NCBI GenBank assembly: GCA_963718615.1 | Contig: OY970368.1 | Span: 4,544,001-4,608,000 of the forward strand | Source of the DNA: an uncultured cyanobacterium | GTDB taxonomy: Bacteria > Cyanobacteriota > Cyanobacteriia > PCC-9006 > JAAUQQ01 | DNA length: 64,000 nt | Direction: 5' to 3' | Part shown: positions 10,364-20,002 of the stretch, piece by piece | Position numbering within the stretch: position 1 is the stretch's first letter | Layout of the letters: each line of letters begins with the position of its first letter | Program-made: the position numbers and the translations under genes | Notes under the pieces: model-generated | The model's database searches: none | Told to the model about the DNA's origin: nothing | Seen by the model: the letters and a program-made list of their open reading frames with translations, nothing else

Positions 10364-11224
10364 GTGGCTAACTCCTCTCAATCTCCAAGTGAGGGCAAGC
10401 CAGTACGCAGAATGAAACGATTTAAAGGATTTAGAAAATGGCTACTTTATAGTGGATTAGGAGTTCTTGCACTGATCATTGTCCTTACCCTAGGTCCTGT
10501 GATTAGCCATCCTATCGAACAGGTTATTTCTATTGTGGAGAACCGCTATCAACAGTGGTTCTCTCAACAGGATACAGCTAATCCTTTGGTGCTGTTGCCC
10601 TTAGCCTTTTTGGGTGGAGTTTTAGCGAGTGTATCGCCTTGCATTTTAGCGCTATTACCCGTTAACCTAAGCTACATTGGCACTTTGAAAATTAAATCTC
10701 GTTGGGACGCATTTACTAAAGCAGGGATGTTTGTGTTGGGAGCCATTACGATTTTAAGCCTATTTGGTTTGGTTTCCTCCTTTGCCGGAGCCGTCATGGT
10801 TGAGTACCGAGGCTACATCAATTGTGTTGTAGGGCTAATTATGCTTCTAATGGGGCTCTGGTTAATTGGGATCATCAAAATTCCTCTTCCTGAGATGGAA
10901 GTCAATCTACCCCCAGCAGGTCCCTATGGTGTTGGCTTAACCTTTGCCTTAGTCAGCTCTCCCTGTGCAAGTCCAGTTTTATTTGCAGTACTGGCGGCGG
11001 CAGCGGCTACCGGCTCTCAGCTTTTAGGGACATTGACAATGGTTAGCTATGCCTTGGGATATACCATTCTCATTTTTCTTGCTAGCTTGTTTACTGGGCT
11101 AGCCAAACAAAGCAACCGGTTGCTGAAGCATTCTGAAGGAGTTATTCGTTTTGGTACCGTTGCACTGATGATTACGGGAGCATATTACCTCTTTACAGGC
11201 ACACAATGGTTTATAGGAGGCTAA
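10364..11224 (+). CDS. ccdA: CcdA/DsbD-beta transmembrane disulfide reductase
   Basis: [11 protein letters not shown] and SSPCASP Cys motifs, multiple TM helices. Confidence 0.88.
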   Translation: MANSSQSPSEGKPVRRMKRFKGFRKWLLYSGLGVLALIIVLTLGPVISHPIEQVISIVENRYQQWFSQQDTANPLVLLPLAFLGGVLASVSPCILALLPVNLSYIGTLKIKSRWDAFTKAGMFVLGAITILSLFGLVSSFAGAVMVEYRGYINCVVGLIMLLMGLWLIGIIKIPLPEMEVNLPPAGPYGVGLTFALVSSPCASPVLFAVLAAAAATGSQLLGTLTMVSYALGYTILIFLASLFTGLAKQSNRLLKHSEGVIRFGTVALMITGAYYLFTGTQWFIGG

Positions 11225-11228
11225 GTCG

Positions 11229-12194
11229 ATGCAGGTTGAAAATCTAGTTATTATTGGCTCAGGGCCAGCAGGTTATACGGCGGCTATCTATGCCGGACGT
11301 GCTCAGCTTAGCCCCATTGTCTTTGAGGGATTTGAAGCAGGGGGGGTGCCTGGTGGCCAGTTGATGACAACAACCAACGTAGAAAACTTTCCAGCTTTTC
11401 CCAAAGGGATTCAGGGTCCAAAGCTCATGGCTCAGATGCGTCAGCAAGCAAAGCGGTGGGGGGCTCAGTTGATTACCGATGATGTGGTTAGTGTCGATCT
11501 CAAGCAGCGACCTTTTACGATTGATTCTGCGGATCAATCGGTCAAGGCCCATGCCGTGATCATTTCTACTGGAGCAATGGCAAAACGATTGTATCTACCT
11601 GGAGAAGAGCTTTTTTGGAACAATGGTATCTCCGCTTGTGCTATTTGTGATGGTGCTAGTCCTTTATTTCAAGGTACTGAAGTTGCTGTTGTGGGTGGTG
11701 GAGACTCCGCTGTAGAAGAAGCATTGTATCTAACCAAATATGCACAAAAAATTCATGTGTTAGTGCGTCGCGATCGTCTACGGGCTTCAAAAACGATGCA
11801 AGACCGACTATTGAATCACCCTCAAATCCAAATTCACTGGAACTGTATTCCACTAAGTACCCATGGTAATGAGGTACTCAATTGGATTCGGATTCAGGAC
11901 AGGATCACGCAAGCTGTGTCTGAATTGGCCGTCAGTGGATTGTTTTACGCCATTGGCCACATCCCAAATACCCAACTTTTTCAAGGACAATTGAGCTTGA
12001 ATTCAGCAGGCTATATTCGTACTGAGGGAAAAAGTACTGCGACTCATATTCCTGGGGTTTGGGCTGCTGGCGATGTTCAAGATTCCCATTATCGACAGGC
12101 AATAACCGCTGCTGGAACAGGTTGTATGGCAGCACTCGAAGCTGAACGATGGTTGGCAGAACGATCATACTGTCGGGAATTGTCTCTAATATAA
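11229..12194 (+). CDS. trxB: NADPH thioredoxin-disulfide reductase (NTRC-like reductase module)
   Basis: [33 protein letters not shown]. Confidence 0.95.
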   Translation: MQVENLVIIGSGPAGYTAAIYAGRAQLSPIVFEGFEAGGVPGGQLMTTTNVENFPAFPKGIQGPKLMAQMRQQAKRWGAQLITDDVVSVDLKQRPFTIDSADQSVKAHAVIISTGAMAKRLYLPGEELFWNNGISACAICDGASPLFQGTEVAVVGGGDSAVEEALYLTKYAQKIHVLVRRDRLRASKTMQDRLLNHPQIQIHWNCIPLSTHGNEVLNWIRIQDRITQAVSELAVSGLFYAIGHIPNTQLFQGQLSLNSAGYIRTEGKSTATHIPGVWAAGDVQDSHYRQAITAAGTGCMAALEAERWLAERSYCRELSLI

Positions 12195-12241
12195 CCTCAA
12201 TCCTTTCTTTCACTTCCTCACTATTCTAGGAGAACGATATC

Positions 12242-12586
12242 GTGTCACAGTCTCAAACGAATCATCCGCTTATCGTTGAAGGGCATGAAGTCCTTACAAA
12301 ATTGCAACAAGCCCCTGAAAAACTAATTCTCGTTAAATTTATTGCGCCCTACTGTCCCTCCTGTGAAACTTTAGCCCCTGTGCTTCAACAGTTTGTCATA
12401 GATCAAGTAGATCAAGTGCATCTAGTAAGCATAGATATGACTGAGGAGCCTGAATTAGCAATGGCTTTAGGCGTAAGAAGTGCTCCGACAGTTATTCTAT
12501 TTAGGGGAAAAGATATCCTAGATAAAATTGTTGGTCTCAAGCCAAAGAAGTTCTATGACGAGGCCATTCAAAGAGTTCTCTCATAG
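12242..12586 (+). CDS. Thioredoxin family protein (CPSC)
   Basis: LVKFIAPYCPSC; cis-Pro in SAPTV; AGGAG RBS. Confidence 0.88.
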   Translation: MSQSQTNHPLIVEGHEVLTKLQQAPEKLILVKFIAPYCPSCETLAPVLQQFVIDQVDQVHLVSIDMTEEPELAMALGVRSAPTVILFRGKDILDKIVGLKPKKFYDEAIQRVLS

Positions 12587-12643
12587 ATTCTGGTGTCATC
12601 TTAATGGTTCTTTGATTGTCTATAAATTTCCGAGAAAATCGCC

Positions 12644-13297
12644 ATGAGTCTAACTGATGATTTGGCCCACTTGTCTGCCCACAACCGCTCGATGCTTCCA
12701 GAAGATACTCAAAATATTATGGAGCAAGCTGGAATTGATTTGATAAATTCAGGGATTAGCGATCGCGCTCTCCAAGCAGGAGATACAATTCCACGTATTA
12801 TTCTACCCAATGCAACTGGTCAATTGATTGATGTTCAAGCACTCTTAAAATCAGGCCCAGTAGTGCTCTCATTCTATCGTGGAGTTTGGTGTCCCTATTG
12901 CAATTTAGAGCTGAAGGCACTACAGCAAACTCTACCAGAAATCAAAGATTATGGTGGAACGCTAGTAGCCATATCTCCCCAAACCCCAGACAATTCACTC
13001 TCAGTCCTTGAGAAAAATGATTTGACTTTTGAAGTCCTGAGTGATCTGGGAAATCAAGTGGCACATCAATTTGGCCTTGTCTTTACTGTCCCGGAAAGGC
13101 TTCGTCCCATTTATCAAGGGTTGGGTATTGATCTTCCTGTGACGAATGGAGATAACACCTTTCAGTTACCTATTCCAGCGACCTATGTAGTCAATCGTGA
13201 TGGTGTTATTCTTCATGCATTTGTTAATGCCGACTATACTCAAAGGCAAGATCCCAAAGAAATCATCATGATACTCAAAGGAGCAATGCGTTTATGA
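12644..13297 (+). CDS. Peroxiredoxin-like AhpC/TSA family protein
   Basis: [18 protein letters not shown]; LPIPATYVV. Confidence 0.9.
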   Translation: MSLTDDLAHLSAHNRSMLPEDTQNIMEQAGIDLINSGISDRALQAGDTIPRIILPNATGQLIDVQALLKSGPVVLSFYRGVWCPYCNLELKALQQTLPEIKDYGGTLVAISPQTPDNSLSVLEKNDLTFEVLSDLGNQVAHQFGLVFTVPERLRPIYQGLGIDLPVTNGDNTFQLPIPATYVVNRDGVILHAFVNADYTQRQDPKEIIMILKGAMRL

Positions 13298-13917
13298 AAC
13301 CTCACTATCGAGTTGCTATTTTTGGCTCGGCACGGATCAAATCAGAAGATCCGGAATATAGTGATGTCTTTAATATTGCCCAAGGCTTAGCACAGTTGGG
13401 ATTTGATATTGTCACTGGAGGAGGACCAGGATTAATGGAGGCAGCCAATGCTGGACATAAAAGTCTTGCATCTAATGTCTATTCGATTGGTTTGAATATT
13501 AAGCTTCCCCATGAACAAAATCCCAATCAATATCTCGACATCAACAAAGACTTTGATAAGTTTAGCGAAAGATTAGACACGTTCATGTCCCTTTCAGACG
13601 TCGTCGTGGTTGCACCGGGTGGAGTTGGGACAATGCTTGAACTGTTCTACACTTGGCAGCTTATGCAGGTTCATCACATTTGTGAAACTCCCATTATTCT
13701 CTTTGGTGAGATCTGGACAACTTTGATAGATTGGTTACAAACAGAGGTTTTAGAGAGACAATTATTTTCCTACAATGATTTTAATCATATCTTCCATGTA
13801 AAATCAGTTCACGAAGTGCTTGATCTGATTGAGAAAATTCATTGCGATCGCTTCAAGATGGAGCACGTCTGTGTCAATTACTCTAAATATCGCATGGAAT
13901 TCAATTTGGCACCTTAA
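13294..13917 (+). CDS. LOG family nucleotide phosphoribohydrolase
   Basis: [27 protein letters not shown]; ATGA overlap with the upstream gene. Confidence 0.9.
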   Translation: MKPHYRVAIFGSARIKSEDPEYSDVFNIAQGLAQLGFDIVTGGGPGLMEAANAGHKSLASNVYSIGLNIKLPHEQNPNQYLDINKDFDKFSERLDTFMSLSDVVVVAPGGVGTMLELFYTWQLMQVHHICETPIILFGEIWTTLIDWLQTEVLERQLFSYNDFNHIFHVKSVHEVLDLIEKIHCDRFKMEHVCVNYSKYRMEFNLAP

Positions 13918-13987
13918 GTCAGATGTTAGCTTAAAAATTCCTAAGAAACATCACAGCATTAGTGCATAGTCAATCGAATAAATCGTC

Positions 13988-15013
13988 ATGAAAAATTTGA
14001 AAAGATCTACTGGATTTATAGTGTCTGTAAGTACTTTTGCAATTTTTCTTTCTATCCTTCAATCTGGGGGATGGGAAAACTTTAAACTACAAAATTTTGC
14101 GCTCGCTCAAACCTTAAATCCTAAAAATAAAGATTTAGAAGATTTACGCAAACAGAATCTCAATGGTGAGGTTGAGGCCCGCATCAACCTTGAAGAATTG
14201 ATGAGTGGAGGAATCCCCAGGGATGGAATTCCAAGTATTGACTCCCCACAGTTCGATAGTTCTACTACAATCCCCTTTCGCGATCATGATTGGGTGATTG
14301 GTGTCGTCGTAAATGGCGAAGCCAAGGCTTATCCCTTCAATGTGATGAACTGGCATGAAATTGTCAATGATACTATCGGAGGGGTAAATATTACAGTCTC
14401 TTATTGTCCCCTGTGTGACACCAATATTGTCTTTGAGCGAAATGATACAACCTTTGGGGTATTTGGCAAGCTCTATCAAAGTTGCTTAGTCATGTACAAT
14501 CGAGCTGATGATACGCTCTACGCACAACCTTGGGCGATTGGAGTTGTCGGCCCTCAAATCAATCAATCCCTCAAGCGTATTCCGTCGGTCAAAACAACGT
14601 TGTCTGATTGGAGGAAAAAACATCCTAATAGCCAGATTCTCTCCACTCGAACAGGGCATAAACGGAATTATCAAGATTATCCCTATGGCACCTATTATAC
14701 CGACGAGAAAATTATATTTCCAGTGCGAAATCAAGAACAACAACAGTTGCATCCAAAAGCGATCGTTAGCTATATCTGGCAATCAGATAGTCAAACACCT
14801 CACAATCAATTTTCAGGTGATAGCCAGATGCTCGTTCACGAGGAAATTCGACAGAGAGGGACTCAGGAGGTTGAATTTGCGGGGCGGAAAGTTCGTGGAC
14901 GTTGGGATGAAGCGTTATCTACTGTGATCGTAGAAGAGCTTGATGGTACAATAATCCCTAGCACGACAGCATTTGCATTTGTATATCCGGCCTATTTTGG
15001 CCCTTCATTGTAA
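13988..15013 (+). CDS. DUF3179-type exported protein with CxxC
   Basis: SGGIPRDGIPSID, KAYPF...WHEIVND, SYCPLC, GKLYQS.LVMY; N-terminal hydrophobic segment. Confidence 0.85.
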   Translation: MKNLKRSTGFIVSVSTFAIFLSILQSGGWENFKLQNFALAQTLNPKNKDLEDLRKQNLNGEVEARINLEELMSGGIPRDGIPSIDSPQFDSSTTIPFRDHDWVIGVVVNGEAKAYPFNVMNWHEIVNDTIGGVNITVSYCPLCDTNIVFERNDTTFGVFGKLYQSCLVMYNRADDTLYAQPWAIGVVGPQINQSLKRIPSVKTTLSDWRKKHPNSQILSTRTGHKRNYQDYPYGTYYTDEKIIFPVRNQEQQQLHPKAIVSYIWQSDSQTPHNQFSGDSQMLVHEEIRQRGTQEVEFAGRKVRGRWDEALSTVIVEELDGTIIPSTTAFAFVYPAYFGPSL

Positions 15014-15030
15014 GTAGAGAGTGATAGTCT

Positions 15031-15249
15031 GTGGCAATTCCTACTCCGCATTTTCGTCGTTCACTACGTCTACAGCAGTATGGACTCGCACTCCGTGTTG
15101 CACTAATTGTTGGTTCAGTTCTGTTTACCATTAACCATGGTCAAGCGCTATTCAATCGAAGCATGAATCGAGATCGCTGGGTCTCAGGTTTATTAAGCTA
15201 CTGCGTTCCATTTCTCGTGAGTCTGCATGGACAACGGCAGGGGAAATAG
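15031..15249 (+). CDS. nrtS: NrtS-family small anion transporter
   Basis: ALRVALIVGSVLFTINHG...LSYCVPFLVS.HG signature, two TM helices. Confidence 0.8.
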   Translation: MAIPTPHFRRSLRLQQYGLALRVALIVGSVLFTINHGQALFNRSMNRDRWVSGLLSYCVPFLVSLHGQRQGK

Positions 15250-15310
15250 CGGCGATATCGATCTTAACCGGTCTCGCTGCGATCGCCCTATCCAGAAAAC
15301 TTCGGTATTT

Positions 15311-15329
15311 TTTAATCTATCACTCATTT
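15311..15329 (+). promoter_or_regulatory. Candidate direct-repeat operator upstream of the ABC importer
   Basis: TTTAATCT-atc-ACTCATTT, 15/16 match to the half-sites at 9741-9759; possible -10 TAGGAT at 15349-15354. Confidence 0.45.
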
Positions 15330-15387
15330 AGCAACCGAGAGATTCCGCTAGGATTGAAGGCTATTGCTTTCTATTGCCTTAATCAGG

Positions 15388-16326
15388 ATGCTCAAGAAAA
15401 ATTGCTGGTTGCAAGGACTTCTGTTTGGACTGATTGCCATGTTCTTTGTCGTGGCTTGCACGCCAACGACAACCCGGAATACCGGTAGCGACCCAAGCAC
15501 AAACGCTTCTCCCGCTAATGCGTTGACTCGATTGAAGTTTGGCGTTGGTCCTTACTTTCCGACTCCGAACGAAAACCGGAACCAATTTGAGCCATTGTTC
15601 AACCAACTTGCCGAGCAATTGCAATTACCTGCTGAAGTGACTGTTGCAGATGACTGGATTGGCATTTCTGAGGCGTTACGATCGCGCACGCTAGACGTGG
15701 CCTGGTTAGGTCCTTGGGGCTATGTCTTGGCCAAGCATAATGATCCCTCGCTGCAAGCGATTGCCACAGTCCAATACAAGGATAAACCCACCTACTATTC
15801 CGTTCTCATGGCGCGGGCTGATGCGCCGTTTGATACCCTGGATGAGGCGATCGCCCAGAGTCAGCAAGGCAACAAACTCAAATTGAGTTTGGCCGATGTC
15901 GGATCAACATCCGGTTGGCTCATTCCCCAAGCGGAATTTAAGCAGCGCAATCTCGATCCCAAAACGGTCTTTGACTACAGTGAAGGGGCAAGTCATGCCG
16001 CCCAAGCGATCGCAGTGTTGAGTGATCAAGTGGATATTGCATCTGATTACGATCGCAATCTAGACGTTTTGAGCGATACAGGAAAAATTGATAAGAGTAA
16101 ACTCAAAATCATCTGGCAATCCGCTCCCCTGCCCAATGATCCAATTGTCGTGCGCGGTGAGTTTCCAGAAGCTATCCGCACGCAGCTACAAACCGCTCTA
16201 ACTAGTTTATCTTCAGAAGAGTCTAAAACTCTATTGCCGCCAAATTACACGGGTTTTGTGGTTTCGGATGGAAGTAACTATGCCCCCATTGAAGCCGCAG
16301 GGAAATCGCTTGGAAAGTTGAAATAG
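15388..16326 (+). CDS. phnD: Phosphate/phosphite/phosphonate ABC binding lipoprotein, HtxB-like
   Basis: Lipobox-like FVVAC; WLGPWGYVL, LSLADVGSTSGWLIP, EGASH, DYDR, LPND. Confidence 0.88.
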   Translation: MLKKNCWLQGLLFGLIAMFFVVACTPTTTRNTGSDPSTNASPANALTRLKFGVGPYFPTPNENRNQFEPLFNQLAEQLQLPAEVTVADDWIGISEALRSRTLDVAWLGPWGYVLAKHNDPSLQAIATVQYKDKPTYYSVLMARADAPFDTLDEAIAQSQQGNKLKLSLADVGSTSGWLIPQAEFKQRNLDPKTVFDYSEGASHAAQAIAVLSDQVDIASDYDRNLDVLSDTGKIDKSKLKIIWQSAPLPNDPIVVRGEFPEAIRTQLQTALTSLSSEESKTLLPPNYTGFVVSDGSNYAPIEAAGKSLGKLK

Positions 16327-16381
16327 ACCCAGATATACAATCAGATCTAACGATTGATGAACGCTGCACCACGGCTAATTC

Positions 16382-17230
16382 ATGCCTATTCATTCAAGAG
16401 ATCATTCTACTCCTTTGGAAACACTTGATTTGGAAGCACTGCTGGCGGCGGAGCAACGTCGACAAGGCGGTATTTGGCAATGGTTGCGCCAGGGCTTTGG
16501 TGGGGCTTTGGCGATCGCCCTCCTCGTTGCCAGTGCTCATACGGCCAAGGTAGATTTGCCCCAGTTTTGGCAGCGGATTCCCACCGTAGGGGAGTGGCTT
16601 GCTCGCCTTTTTCCCCCGGATTTTTCTGAGCTTCCTATTTTCTTGGTGGCAGTTTGGGAAACGTTGGCGATCGCCATCATCGGGACCGTTTGTGCCACGA
16701 TCGTTGCCCTTCCCTTGGCCCTTTTGGTAGCACGCAATATTACCCCGGCCCGTTGGTTGGCTACGCCTTTACGGGGTTTGCTGAATCTATTACGAGGGAT
16801 TGATACAGCAATTTTCGCGTTATTTTTTGTTTCGATTGTCGGTCTAGGTCCCTTTGCAGGGGCTTTGGGTGTAGCTTTTCATACCACTGGATCAATGGCA
16901 AAACTCTATGGTGAAGTGCTAGAATCCTTGCCTAGGGAACCGATTGAAGCCATTGAAATTACGGGGAGCGATCGCCTGCGCACCTTTGCTTTTGCGGTCT
17001 TACCGGAGGCATTACCAGGATTGATTGGTATTAGTTTGTATCTCTGGGAATTCAATGTTCGTTCTTCGGTGATCTTAGGCATTGTTGGAGCAGGGGGCAT
17101 TGGGTATGAACTGCTAGTCAGCCTTAAATTGCTTGATTTTCCTCGCCTTTGTACCATTTTGTTATTGATTTTAGCCATGGTCAGCTTGATTGATGCCCTC
17201 AGTGCCTATCTTCGCCAGAGATTACAATAA
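16382..17230 (+). CDS. phnE: Phosphonate-type ABC permease
   Basis: VGLGPFAGAL, EFNVRSSVILGIVGAGGIG. Confidence 0.92.
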   Translation: MPIHSRDHSTPLETLDLEALLAAEQRRQGGIWQWLRQGFGGALAIALLVASAHTAKVDLPQFWQRIPTVGEWLARLFPPDFSELPIFLVAVWETLAIAIIGTVCATIVALPLALLVARNITPARWLATPLRGLLNLLRGIDTAIFALFFVSIVGLGPFAGALGVAFHTTGSMAKLYGEVLESLPREPIEAIEITGSDRLRTFAFAVLPEALPGLIGISLYLWEFNVRSSVILGIVGAGGIGYELLVSLKLLDFPRLCTILLLILAMVSLIDALSAYLRQRLQ

Positions 17231-17231
17231 A

Positions 17232-17975
17232 ATGCTCACCGTTTCACACCTCACAAAATCCTATCAACGAGGCCATCTTGCCCTAGACAATCTTAGTTTT
17301 GAGATCAAACCCCATAGCTTTACTGCGGTTTTAGGACCCAGTGGAGCGGGAAAAACTACGTTATTTCGTTGTCTCCTCCAACTCATTCAACCCGATTCAG
17401 GAGAGGTGTATTTCCAAGGGCAAGATCTAACCCATTGCTCACCTTCCGAACTCCAAAAAGCCCGCATCCAAATTGCAACGATCGCCCAACAATTTAATTT
17501 GGTACGGCGACGCACCGCCCTGGAAAATTGTTTGGGGGGGCGTCTAGCCGAGTTACCGCTTTGGCGCTGTTTAACCAGTCAGTTTCCAGCCCCTTTATTA
17601 CGGGAAGGTCTCGCAGCGTTAGAACGGGTAAAACTGTTAGACGTAGCGTTTCAACGGGCCGATCGCCTTTCAGGAGGACAACAACAGCGGGTGGCGATCG
17701 CTCGCGCTCTCACCCAAAAGGCCCGTCTCATTCTAGCGGATGAACCGGTTGCCAGTCTTGACCCAGAAACCGCCCATGTAGTACTACAACTCCTGCGCTC
17801 CCTTTGCGACCAAGAGGGAATGACCCTTATCTGTAATCTGCATCAGGTGGAGTTGGCAACCCAGTATAGCGATCGAATTTTAGGCATTCATTCAGGCCAA
17901 TTGGTCCTAGATCTGCCCACCCATCAGTTGAGCAAGCGCGACATTGACTTAATCTATCAGTCCAAATCCTGCTGA
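17232..17975 (+). CDS. phnC: Phosphonate-type ABC ATPase
   Basis: GPSGAGKT, LSGGQQQRV, ILADEPVASLDP, CNLHQ. Confidence 0.93.
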   Translation: MLTVSHLTKSYQRGHLALDNLSFEIKPHSFTAVLGPSGAGKTTLFRCLLQLIQPDSGEVYFQGQDLTHCSPSELQKARIQIATIAQQFNLVRRRTALENCLGGRLAELPLWRCLTSQFPAPLLREGLAALERVKLLDVAFQRADRLSGGQQQRVAIARALTQKARLILADEPVASLDPETAHVVLQLLRSLCDQEGMTLICNLHQVELATQYSDRILGIHSGQLVLDLPTHQLSKRDIDLIYQSKSC

Positions 17976-18017
17976 CAAAGGGGCAGAACCACCTGCGATA
18001 ATAGCAAAGCCCTTTCG

Positions 18018-19940
18018 TTGCCATGGTCCGTGTTTGAATCTTTCCAGCCCCTTGCCGCGATCGCCACGACCCCCGCTGCGTTGCGCTGTTTACAGCCCCT
18101 TGGGCATCAGTGCTCAATTTGGGTGCCGGAACGGTTGCTAGAGCAGTTAGACGAGCGCTTGCTCCCCTCGGAACGCCTTGGAATTGAAACCTACAACGGG
18201 TCCCTGGCCGACCACCTCCATCACCTGTGGCCCAGCCATCGGGGCTTCATCTTTGCCCTTGCCACGGGAGCAACGGTGCGGCTGATTGCCCCGCTCTTGC
18301 AGAACAAAGTCACTGATCCGGCTATTGTGGTTGTTTACGCATCTGACAAGATTGTAATTAGTCTCTGCGGGGGGCATCAAGGGGGAGCAGACCAGTTGAC
18401 GAGATTGGTGGCAACGCAACTGGACGCGACACCAATTATTACTGGAGGAGCTAAAAATCTTGAACTGACAGGGGTTGATATTCTGGGCAATCCCTTTGGC
18501 TGGACCAGGGGCGAGGGGAATTGGACCGGCGTGAGTGCGGCGATCGCCCGTCAAGGCTCCATTCAAGTCATCCAAGAAACGGGCTCGATGCTTTGGCAAC
18601 AGCATCTCCCCCCCGACCATCCCTATGAGTTTGGCTTCACTGAAGCCGATCATCCTCAGGCACGCATCTGGATCAGTCCCAGCCAACGGCAGTTTGGTCC
18701 CGATAGTATTCCCAAGGTGCAGTGGCATCCCCGCGTCCTTTGGGTGGGCGTGGGCTGTGAGCGGGGGAGCTCCCGGCAGTTGATTGAACAGGCGATCGCC
18801 CAAACTTGTCAACGCAACCATTTAGCAGAAGGGGCGATCGCAGGCATCGCCACCCTCGATCTCAAAGCTGACGAAACCGGCCTGCTTGAACTCTGCGAGG
18901 CTCGACAATGGCCCCTGCGCTGTTTCCCTGCCGAAACGCTCCGTGACTTCCCCGTTCCCACGCCGTCCGAGATCGTGCAAGCCGAAGTCGGTACCCCCAG
19001 CGTCGCCGAAGCCGCTGCCCTCGCCGCCGTCCAAGCCTTTACAGCCCATCATGGTTCTCTCCTCTCTCCTTCCGCCACCCCGTTTGACCCGACGCTGCTG
19101 GTCAAAAAACAAATCCACCGCCGCCCCGATCAGCCTGGAGCCGTGACTGTGGCGATCGCCCTATCTCCCCTCGAATACACCGGACGCATCGGACAGTTGT
19201 CTCTGGTGGGTACTGGCCCCGGTGCGCTGAATCAAATTACGCCTGCGGCGAAGGGAGCGATTGTCGCGGCAGATGTGGTGATTGGTTATGGGTTGTATAT
19301 CGATCTAATTCGGCCTTTGTTGCGACCGGGACAGATTGTTGAAGCCTTGCCGATTACAAAGGAGCGAGAACGGGCAGAACGGGCGATCGCCCTAGCCCAA
19401 TGGGGGCTCACCGTCGCGGTAATTTCCTCAGGAGACAGCGGTATCTATGGCATGGCGGGGCTAGTCATGGAAAGCTTGGCCCAGCAGGGCTGGGATGGGC
19501 AAGTCCCTGGGGTGCAAGTGTTTCCAGGAATTACGGCTTTGCAAGCGGCAGCCGCTCGGGTTGGAACGCCGCTGATGCATGATTTTTGTGCGATTAGTCT
19601 GAGTGATTTGCTGACCCCTTGGTCGGTGATTGAGCAGCGGTTGCAAGCTGCCGCGAGTGGGGATTTTATTGTGGCGTTCTATAATCCCAAGTCAAAAACT
19701 CGGGTGACACAATTAGAAACTGCTCAGCAAATTTTGCTTCAGCATCGACCTGGATCAACCCCTGTGGCCTTGGTGCGATCCGCCTATCGAGCGGAGGAGC
19801 AAGTTACCGTTACAACGCTAGCAGATCTGCATAGTGCTCCTGTTGATATGCTAACTATCGTTTTGATTGGCAATCGAAGTACCCAAAATCATCAAAACTG
19901 GCTGATTACTCCCCGAGGCTATCTGGGGTTTTCCCCCTAA
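18018..19940 (+). CDS. cobJ: CbiG / precorrin-3B C17-methyltransferase (CobJ/CbiH) fusion
   Basis: DPAIVV...GGHQGGA, VGVGCERG, SVAEAAA (CbiG); VGTGPG, SSGDSGIYGM, HDFCAISLSDLLTPW, TPRGY (CobJ). Confidence 0.93.
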   Translation: MPWSVFESFQPLAAIATTPAALRCLQPLGHQCSIWVPERLLEQLDERLLPSERLGIETYNGSLADHLHHLWPSHRGFIFALATGATVRLIAPLLQNKVTDPAIVVVYASDKIVISLCGGHQGGADQLTRLVATQLDATPIITGGAKNLELTGVDILGNPFGWTRGEGNWTGVSAAIARQGSIQVIQETGSMLWQQHLPPDHPYEFGFTEADHPQARIWISPSQRQFGPDSIPKVQWHPRVLWVGVGCERGSSRQLIEQAIAQTCQRNHLAEGAIAGIATLDLKADETGLLELCEARQWPLRCFPAETLRDFPVPTPSEIVQAEVGTPSVAEAAALAAVQAFTAHHGSLLSPSATPFDPTLLVKKQIHRRPDQPGAVTVAIALSPLEYTGRIGQLSLVGTGPGALNQITPAAKGAIVAADVVIGYGLYIDLIRPLLRPGQIVEALPITKERERAERAIALAQWGLTVAVISSGDSGIYGMAGLVMESLAQQGWDGQVPGVQVFPGITALQAAAARVGTPLMHDFCAISLSDLLTPWSVIEQRLQAAASGDFIVAFYNPKSKTRVTQLETAQQILLQHRPGSTPVALVRSAYRAEEQVTVTTLADLHSAPVDMLTIVLIGNRSTQNHQNWLITPRGYLGFSP

Positions 19941-20002
19941 AATGGTACGATAAAACCAGTGATTCAACGTTAGTGTAGAGAGAAAGATTGGCGGGGGGAA
20001 GA

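Noticed and set aside
9817-15013. Selenocysteine read-through in the redox or DUF3179 genes
   Set aside because: All redox motifs are encoded with ordinary Cys and no in-frame TGA splits these ORFs
15311-15318. Pho box (YTTAAYYW) upstream of phnD
   Set aside because: Only one good half-site; the following unit matches the box at 9741 better. Not fully excluded.
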